A stretch of DNA of 62,840 bases, filler included, from Stramenopiles sp. TOSAG23-3 (Eukaryota), in assembly GCA_900128585.1 (NCBI GenBank). It is 7 parts of 7 records of this genome, joined end to end, with 100 filler letters (N's around TTAATTAATTAA, not from the genome) between each part and the next. Parts side by side here need not be neighbours in the genome. Positions count along the whole stretch, not along the records: positions 42,880 to 57,048 come from LT642584.1; positions 57,149 to 58,980 come from LT645343.1; positions 59,081 to 60,911 come from LT645344.1; positions 61,012 to 62,840 come from LT645345.1; 3 more parts are not named here. One strand, 5' to 3'. The notes under the pieces are model-generated. The model was given only the letters and a program-made list of their open reading frames with translations, was not told the DNA's origin and did not search any database. Below are positions 56,318-62,840 of this stretch, one piece after another. A program made the translations under genes and the position numbers. Each line of letters starts with the position of its first letter. The first letter of the stretch is position 1.

Positions 56318-56745
56318 TGCCAACGGCAAAGAACGACAACAACAAAAGTGAACGAAGAAAAGGAGTTGCATCTGCTAATCCTAACTTGGTTTTGTAATTT
56401 TGTTTCGTTGTTGGTTGTCAATCACTGAGGAGTATTATATGGACTAAAACACATTTTTAAGTACACTCAATACTTGAACGACTATGTTTTCTGAATTTAC
56501 GAGGCCAGTCTTTTAAACAGTGCAGTTTTATAAGGGGCTCCTTTATCTCGCCATTATTTGCTATCTTGTGTTAGGATTTTACCATTTGGTTGTGTATCCA
56601 TGCATGTACGGAGACGAAGAAAAAAAAGGCGATACTAGTACCCTGGCTGCAGTTGGTGTTCAAATGCAAAACCGCGTGTGAACACCTGTTTTATAACAAG
56701 TACTGCCGGTACACGGTTTGGTCGCATCATTGTAAAAGATAAAAA

Positions 56746-56951
56746 CAAGAAAATTGGCTGTTATTTAAAAGATATTGTTGGTGAATAAAAACAAACAAAT
56801 AATATAATAAAAAATATTATGGGTATTAGTACCGTACCTGGTACGGTAAAGGTATTTAGTAATAAATAGGTAGGAAGATAATACAATCTGATCATTCGTC
56901 TAGGATTAATAGTAGTTAGTCTGTATTAAAAACAAGAAAATTGGCTGTTAT
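56746..56951 (-). repeat. Two reverse copies of the dispersed motif downstream of a gene
   Basis: CAAGAAAATTGGCTGTTAT at 56746-56764 and 56933-56951. Confidence 0.9.
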
Positions 56952-57149
56952 TTATAAAGTAATCTGTAGTGTACGTAGTATAAATATGTATAATTAATAT
57001 AATTTAAATTAAAGTGTATAATATTCTTTTGTCTTTGTTGGACCGCTTNNNNNNNNNNNNNNNNNNNNNNNNNNNNNNNNNNNNNNNNNNNNTTAATTAA
57101 TTAANNNNNNNNNNNNNNNNNNNNNNNNNNNNNNNNNNNNNNNNNNNNG

Positions 57150-58775
57150 GAGTTTGAGAGCCCGGTGGGCGGGAAATTGGCCGCCCCCAAAGCGACGAAA
57201 GGCAAGCGGGCAAAGGGGAAGAAGAAACGGAGCGGGCTGGTGGCGCAGCGCACGAAGAAAGTTCCGGTGGCCAAGGAGGAAGACATCGAGGAGACCGAAG
57301 AGGACAAAATCAACGATATTTTTGTGGAGCAGAGCGGTTTGCTCGACATGGAAGACATCGGGGGGGTCATGATGGAGCAAAAAAAGTCGGCGAAGAAGGC
57401 GAAGGCGGCAAAGGGGCCAGCAGAAATGGTGACCCCGAGGCAGCGGGCCTCCTTGACAAAGGAGGGCTACAAGATCATAGGCACCCACAGCGCCGTCAAG
57501 CTGTGCCGCTGGACCAAGAACCAGCTCCGGGGCCGCGGCGGCTGCTACAAGCACACGTGCTACGGGATCACGTCGTACCAGTGTATGGAGGCCACCCCCA
57601 GCCTCGCGTGTGCCAACAAGTGCACCTTTTGCTGGAGGCACCACAAGAACCCCGTCGGCACCAGCTGGCGGTGGAAGGAGGACGACCCGGCGATGATCGT
57701 GGAGAGGGCGCTGGCCTTGCACGACCAGATGGTCAAACAGATGAAGGGCGTCCCAGGGGTGAAGCCAGACCGCCTGGCCGAAGCGCGAACCGTGCAGCAC
57801 TGCGCCCTTAGTCTGGTCGGAGAGCCGATTATGTACCCCCGGATCAACGAGCTAGTAGGGGAGCTGCACGAGCGAAAAATTTCCACCTTCTTGGTGACGA
57901 ACGCCCAGTTCCCCGAGTGCATCGACCGCTTGGACCCGGTCACACAGCTGTACGTGTCGATCGACGCGTCCACGAAGGAGTCGCTCGAGGCAGTGGACAG
58001 GCCGCTTTTCAAAGATTTCTGGGAGAGGTTCCAGGCGTCGCTGCGAAGCCTGAGGCAAAAGAAGCAGCGCACGGTCTACCGGTTGACGCTGGTCAAGGAG
58101 CACAACATGGACGAAGTCCGGGAGTACAGCAACCTAGTTGCGCTCGGGCAGCCCGACTTCATCGAGGTAAAGTCCGTGACATTCTGTGGAAAATCCGACG
58201 CGTCGGACCTGACGTTTGGCAACGTGCCGTTCCACGAAGAAGTTGTCGCGTTCTCGACCGACTTGGTCAATTACATCAACGAAGACGCCAGGCGTCGGAG
58301 GGAGACCGCGATCAAGATGGGCGGGGTCGACACCGAAGACGGGTTTTGCGAGTACGCGATTGCGAGCGAGCACCAGCATTCCAACCTGGTGCTGATTTCG
58401 AAGAAAAACTACCAGGTGGAGGACAAGAATACGGGAGAGAAGAAGTGGCACACGTGGATCGACTACCCAAAGTACCACGCGTGCTGGAGAAAGTGGAAAG
58501 ACTCGAACGGGGCGTACACGTTCACCACGTACGACTACATGGCAGAGACGCCGTCGTGGGCCGTGTACGGCTGCGCAGAACGAGGGATGGACCCGTTAGA
58601 GAACCGATGGTACCACAATCGGACCGTTCGAAGAGCGCAGGCAGGGGAGCTGACCGAGGTGCAATTGAAGCAATACCCCAGCAACCCGGCGGACCAAGGG
58701 GTTCTGGACAACAACGTTGACAACACTGCGTACTTGGTCGAGTTGAAGAAAGCACAAAAGAATAAATCAAAGTAA
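57150..58775 (+). CDS. TYW1: tRNA wybutosine-synthesizing protein 1 (radical SAM), 5'-partial
   Basis: GYKIIGTHSAVKLCRWTK..LRGRGGCYK, TPSLACANKCTFCWRH (CxxxCxxC), HCALSLVGEP, FLVTNAQFP, TQLYVS, QRTVYRLTLVK, WHTWIDY. Confidence 0.97.
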   Translation, partial: EFESPVGGKLAAPKATKGKRAKGKKKRSGLVAQRTKKVPVAKEEDIEETEEDKINDIFVEQSGLLDMEDIGGVMMEQKKSAKKAKAAKGPAEMVTPRQRASLTKEGYKIIGTHSAVKLCRWTKNQLRGRGGCYKHTCYGITSYQCMEATPSLACANKCTFCWRHHKNPVGTSWRWKEDDPAMIVERALALHDQMVKQMKGVPGVKPDRLAEARTVQHCALSLVGEPIMYPRINELVGELHERKISTFLVTNAQFPECIDRLDPVTQLYVSIDASTKESLEAVDRPLFKDFWERFQASLRSLRQKKQRTVYRLTLVKEHNMDEVREYSNLVALGQPDFIEVKSVTFCGKSDASDLTFGNVPFHEEVVAFSTDLVNYINEDARRRRETAIKMGGVDTEDGFCEYAIASEHQHSNLVLISKKNYQVEDKNTGEKKWHTWIDYPKYHACWRKWKDSNGAYTFTTYDYMAETPSWAVYGCAERGMDPLENRWYHNRTVRRAQAGELTEVQLKQYPSNPADQGVLDNNVDNTAYLVELKKAQKNKSK

Positions 58776-59332
58776 CAATTCGGTCATTTTAGATTTTTGT
58801 CCTCAACCTTACCAGTTGTCCATTTGTTGTTGGAAGTGTAGGTACGGTACCGTTTATATTATTTATATGTTTTAACAGCATTTTTGTTTTTTGTTTTTAT
58901 TACACAAAGTATATCATAATGTTAATGGTATATTATACTTGTAACCGCCATTGTTTTGCTTTTTAAAAAGCAAGAAAATTNNNNNNNNNNNNNNNNNNNN
59001 NNNNNNNNNNNNNNNNNNNNNNNNTTAATTAATTAANNNNNNNNNNNNNNNNNNNNNNNNNNNNNNNNNNNNNNNNNNNNGTTATTTACAAAGTAAGCAT
59101 TAGACCACTAGTACCCAAAGTTACATATCATAGTAGGGTTGGATTTGAAGTAGTATTTGATTTAAAATGAGAGTCTTAAAACATACTATATATTTTGTTT
59201 TTTCATAGACTATGTACTGAAACTTCATCTGGTTTAAAAAATTTAAACACCGCTTTTCATTATGATAACATTTAATGATATCTTCCTTAAATAAAAGCCA
59301 ATTTTTTGTTTCTTACGAAATATTTCGTCTTC

Positions 59333-60763
59333 TCAAGAAGAAAAGTCTTTGAACACACCTTGGTCGCCCTTGTATATTTCTTCTGCATCGGCGACGTTGA
59401 TGGTTTCAAATGCATCTTCTGAAATCCCGTTCTTGGATTTTTTTGCGGGCACGTGGGGCGCCCTCAACTCCTTGTTCAGCAACTTTTGCCAGTCTAGCGT
59501 GCTGTAATACGCTTCGGCCTTGATGTCGCGGGCCCCTCTCGCAAGGCATCCCAAACGTTTGTTTGGTTGCCGGTGCAACAGTTTGCGGATCACCAACTTG
59601 GCCGCTGGGTTCATTTTGTTGGGGAACGTCAGTGGTTTTCGCAGAATATTTTCGCATATTACTTTGTTGTCGTATCCTTCGTAGTCAGCGAAGGGCGTCG
59701 TCCCGCTTTCGCATTCGTAGATCAAAATACCAGTCGCCCAGTAGTCCACACCTTTGTTGTGGCCACGGCGCAACAAGATTTCCGGCGCCATGTACTCTGG
59801 TGTTCCACAGAGGGTAAATGTCTTGTCCGTGACAACCTTTGCAAATCCAAAATCTACCATTTTGATGTAGCCTATGGCGTCGATCATTAAGTTTTCTGGC
59901 TTCAAATCACGGTAGCAAATGTTTTTTGCATGGATGTACTCGAAGACGGACACAACGCAAGCGGTAATGAATTGGGCGTGCTTTGTGCTGACAAACCCTC
60001 CTCGTTTTTGAAGAAACGCAAAGAGCTCGCCCCCCGGCACAATCTCTAAGAGCATGTACAAGTTGTTTGGGTCTTGGTACGTGTTCACTAGCTTGAGCAC
60101 AAAGGGGTGATCACTTTCCACCATCATTCGCTTCTCGTACAGGATGTTCTTTGCAAGATTGTAAGCCACGATTTGCTTCTTCTTCAAACATTTCAGCGCA
60201 AACGCGCCTTTCGTCTTGCCTTTGCCGACGTTGACTAGCTTTACGAGCCCAAACGTTCCTTGGCCCAAGATACGACCAGTGCCTTTGAGAACTTCCTGGA
60301 GGGTGACGCTTTTCAGCGCCATAAGCTCCTTGCGTTCTTCCGCAGTCTTGGCGATCATTTTGCGGATTGGTCCGAGGAGTGAGTCGAAGTCCTTCTTCTT
60401 TAACTCGAATACGCGCAAGCTTTTGCTGGCTGCAGTGATGGTGGCACTTCTTGGGCTTCCGTCTAACAGGGAACCTTCTCCAAAAAACTGCCCTTCTACC
60501 AGGGAACTCACGGTCTTGCCATTCTTCAAAACATTGGCCTTTCCTTCACGAATTACAAAGAAACTGTCTCCAACCGCGTTCTCTTCGATCACCATCTCCC
60601 CGGTTTTAAAAATTCTTTCCCGGAACGATTCCACCAGTTCTTGTCTTAGCCCAGGGCTAAGGGTTTTGAAGATCTCGACGGAAGGAGGCACGAAAGGACG
60701 AATGGACGATTGAACAGTCGAACGATCGGTTGGATAAAGGCATATCAACTCCAATCGAACCAA
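59333..60763 (-). CDS. Cyclic-nucleotide-dependent AGC kinase (PKG-like: cNMP domain + kinase); 5' end unresolved
   Basis: cNMP domain GDSFFVI..G, FFGEGSLL..PRSATI. Kinase LGQGTFG, ALK, YRDLKPEN, DFGFAK, TFTLCGTPEYMAPE. Confidence 0.92.
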   Translation of the reverse strand: MVRLELICLYPTDRSTVQSSIRPFVPPSVEIFKTLSPGLRQELVESFRERIFKTGEMVIEENAVGDSFFVIREGKANVLKNGKTVSSLVEGQFFGEGSLLDGSPRSATITAASKSLRVFELKKKDFDSLLGPIRKMIAKTAEERKELMALKSVTLQEVLKGTGRILGQGTFGLVKLVNVGKGKTKGAFALKCLKKKQIVAYNLAKNILYEKRMMVESDHPFVLKLVNTYQDPNNLYMLLEIVPGGELFAFLQKRGGFVSTKHAQFITACVVSVFEYIHAKNICYRDLKPENLMIDAIGYIKMVDFGFAKVVTDKTFTLCGTPEYMAPEILLRRGHNKGVDYWATGILIYECESGTTPFADYEGYDNKVICENILRKPLTFPNKMNPAAKLVIRKLLHRQPNKRLGCLARGARDIKAEAYYSTLDWQKLLNKELRAPHVPAKKSKNGISEDAFETINVADAEEIYKGDQGVFKDFSS

Positions 60764-61050
60764 GACAAAAACATTTTACCATTCATTCATCCCCCCTACG
60801 TATTGTTGAACCAATCGTTCTTGCATCGCACGTAATTACAAACAAACTCACCACTAAGAAGACAAGGCTTTACCACCATGGGACTTTGCGCATCCACCAA
60901 CGACAGTGTCTNNNNNNNNNNNNNNNNNNNNNNNNNNNNNNNNNNNNNNNNNNNNTTAATTAATTAANNNNNNNNNNNNNNNNNNNNNNNNNNNNNNNNN
61001 NNNNNNNNNNNAGGCTGATGTTGACAAGGCTGATGTTGCCAAGGCCATTG

Positions 61051-62840
61051 ATGCTGGCGGGGCTCCAAAAGGCACTCAAGAAGAAAAAACGGCAAACTGG
61101 AGACAACATTCCAGAGCAAGACACTGACGCAAAGGAGAAAAAGCCGATTTCTTCTTCAGATGCACCTTCTGGTGATGCACCTTCTGGTGATGCTGTTGAT
61201 GATGCTGTTGATACTGGCACTACTGATGATGCTGTTGAGGCTGCTTCCCTTGCGGTCACTGAATCAAAAACCGATGTTGCCAAGGCTGATGTTGACAAGG
61301 CTGATGTTGCCAAGGCCATTGATGCTGGCGCTGTTACTCAGACTGCTGATGTTGGTGCTAAAACTCAGGGTGCTAAGACTCAGAGTACTGTTGCTACGGA
61401 TGAGACTGCTGATGATACTCCTGAGCATACTGGTACAGATGGTAAAAAAGCCCCAACCACAACCACTGAGTCATCAATCGCCTCTATCGCCCAGAAGGAG
61501 ACAGCCAAGAAAAAGCCACCCCCGAGGTCGAAAAGTCCCCGACGCATCAAAGGGAAATTGGGAAAGAAAGTGGGGTTGGGAATGCTGGCAGGACTTGAGG
61601 CTGCGCTTAAAAAAGGACCGAAAACTGGAAAAAAGGGGAAAAAGAAACAGAAGAAAACGGATCAGGATTCTGAGCAGCCTGCACCCGAACCCGGCGCCCA
61701 GACAGGCGACATCAAGACAAGCGACACCAGCGCCAAGGCACCGACCGAAAATACATCCAACGAAACGGCAGGCGCCCAGCGTGCAACACCTGCTACCCAG
61801 GGCAGTGCCCTTGCAGCCAAAAAAGGACCCCCTCCAGTACAGAATACAATACAGAAAAAGTCTCCGCCCCCAATCGAGAAGAAATCTCCTCCGATTCAGA
61901 AAAAGGCACCCCCAGCTCTGCCAAAGTCACTGCCTACCAAAGTCACTGGTCCTACCAAAGTCACTGGTTCTTCCATTCGCACTGAGCCAACAGATACTGC
62001 TGCCGATGCTGCTGAGGGCGGCAAGGCCAATGCGCCGACACACAAGACGGAGACCAATACGGAAAAGAAGAAGATATCACCCCCTCCACGTGCTGGCAAG
62101 AAAAAACCACCACCACCTCCAAAGAAAAAAGACCCAGCTGTCAAGGCATCATTGGCGGTGGCTAGCCTTATCGGACAACGCGCAAAAGCCGAGACTGCGA
62201 AATCTCAACGTGCGGCTGAGGCCAAGACTCTGACTACACAGGTGAAACCCAAGCCTTCGCTTGCCGTCGCAAGCCTTATTGGACAGCGCGCAAAGCACGC
62301 CGAAGCGGTGTCACGACGCAAACAAGAGGCCAAGGCGGCGACAGCACAAAGCAGTGAGATGAAGCCATCAAGCGCGGTTCAAAATCTGTTTCAGCAGCGC
62401 GCAAAAGAAGCCGAGGAAACCACAGAGCGGCGAAAGCGCGCAGAAAGTGAAGTCAATGAGGATGCGCAGGCTGCAGCTTTGGCTGGGGACGGAATCGGTA
62501 GTCTCTCATCCATGCGATCGCTACGGGCACCCACAGATGCAAAGACTACAGATGCAAAGAGAAGCAAGCACAGCAGTGTCGCATCTGTGTCTTCTGTCAC
62601 ATCGGAGATGCTCAGCAGCCGGACAAGTGAAGTGGATGATGATATCGCCCGAATGCCGGGGCTGGCCAAATGTGACATCAAATTCCAAAAGAAATTTGGC
62701 CGTCAGTATCAAATGACAGCAATGACTGGCGACACTCTTATTAAGCACGGGCGGAGTGGGAAACCACACAAGAAAATCATTGTTATCAGCGCACAGGGTC
62801 GCCTCTACTGGCTCGACAAGATGAAGGATATCTCCAAGAA
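61051..62840 (+). CDS. Low-complexity Ala/Thr/Lys/Pro-rich protein running into a PH-like domain; partial at both ends (not in the ORF track)
   Basis: Frame 1 reads MLAGLQKALKKK...KKPPPPPKKK...LIKHGRSGKPHKKIIVISAQGRLYW and stays open to the window end. Confidence 0.75.
   Translation, partial: MLAGLQKALKKKKRQTGDNIPEQDTDAKEKKPISSSDAPSGDAPSGDAVDDAVDTGTTDDAVEAASLAVTESKTDVAKADVDKADVAKAIDAGAVTQTADVGAKTQGAKTQSTVATDETADDTPEHTGTDGKKAPTTTTESSIASIAQKETAKKKPPPRSKSPRRIKGKLGKKVGLGMLAGLEAALKKGPKTGKKGKKKQKKTDQDSEQPAPEPGAQTGDIKTSDTSAKAPTENTSNETAGAQRATPATQGSALAAKKGPPPVQNTIQKKSPPPIEKKSPPIQKKAPPALPKSLPTKVTGPTKVTGSSIRTEPTDTAADAAEGGKANAPTHKTETNTEKKKISPPPRAGKKKPPPPPKKKDPAVKASLAVASLIGQRAKAETAKSQRAAEAKTLTTQVKPKPSLAVASLIGQRAKHAEAVSRRKQEAKAATAQSSEMKPSSAVQNLFQQRAKEAEETTERRKRAESEVNEDAQAAALAGDGIGSLSSMRSLRAPTDAKTTDAKRSKHSSVASVSSVTSEMLSSRTSEVDDDIARMPGLAKCDIKFQKKFGRQYQMTAMTGDTLIKHGRSGKPHKKIIVISAQGRLYWLDKMKDISK

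Noticed and set aside
14350-56951. CRISPR array interpretation of the 19-bp repeat
   Set aside because: Copies are dispersed, in both orientations and irregularly spaced, in a eukaryotic context with no cas genes.
58971-59096. Motif appears to continue across the linker (CAAGAAAATT | GTTATTT), suggesting TYW1 and the kinase are convergent neighbours
   Set aside because: Contig order looks length-sorted. More likely both contigs simply break at the abundant repeat.
14223-61011. Regularly spaced TTAATTAATTAA palindromes flanked by Ns
   Set aside because: Artificial six-frame-stop linkers. Flanked contigs have descending lengths (14182, 14175, 14169, then 1832, 1831), indicating concatenation.
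61012-61058. Exact duplicate of about 61283-61329 at the contig start
   Set aside because: It is out of frame with the downstream ORF and joins through a shared GATGCTGGCG; most likely a local misassembly.

Overview
Eukaryotic nuclear DNA from a gene-dense, very intron-poor protist, probably a heterotrophic stramenopile (inferred from gene content only). The window is not contiguous: it is seven contig pieces joined by artificial 100-nt linkers (N44-TTAATTAATTAA-N44), so adjacency across linkers means nothing. About 28 protein genes with GC-richer coding regions are separated by AT-rich, microsatellite-rich spacers, and only one clear spliceosomal intron was found. Recognisable genes include NEMF/Rqc2, an AKR, a VOC protein, a peroxisomal SDR, RMND1-like, TOM1-like VHS-GAT, a ubiquitin E2, SLC25A38-like, UBXN7-like, GFA, USP12/46-like, an OB-fold protein, TYW1 and a cNMP-dependent kinase. 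Highlights: (1) a single-ORF elongase + cytochrome b5 + Delta4-type desaturase fusion (putative DHA synthase); (2) a FAR-acyltransferase (FARAT-type) ether-lipid fusion; (3) a secreted, Met-rich tandem lysozyme-like protein lacking the catalytic Glu in both domains; (4) a 19-bp motif (ATAACAGCCAATTTTCTTG) in at least 14 copies found only downstream of stop codons, often as inverted pairs and among mutually similar decayed sequence relics; (5) a four-repeat telobox-like Myb protein and an archaemetzincin-like pseudoprotease.
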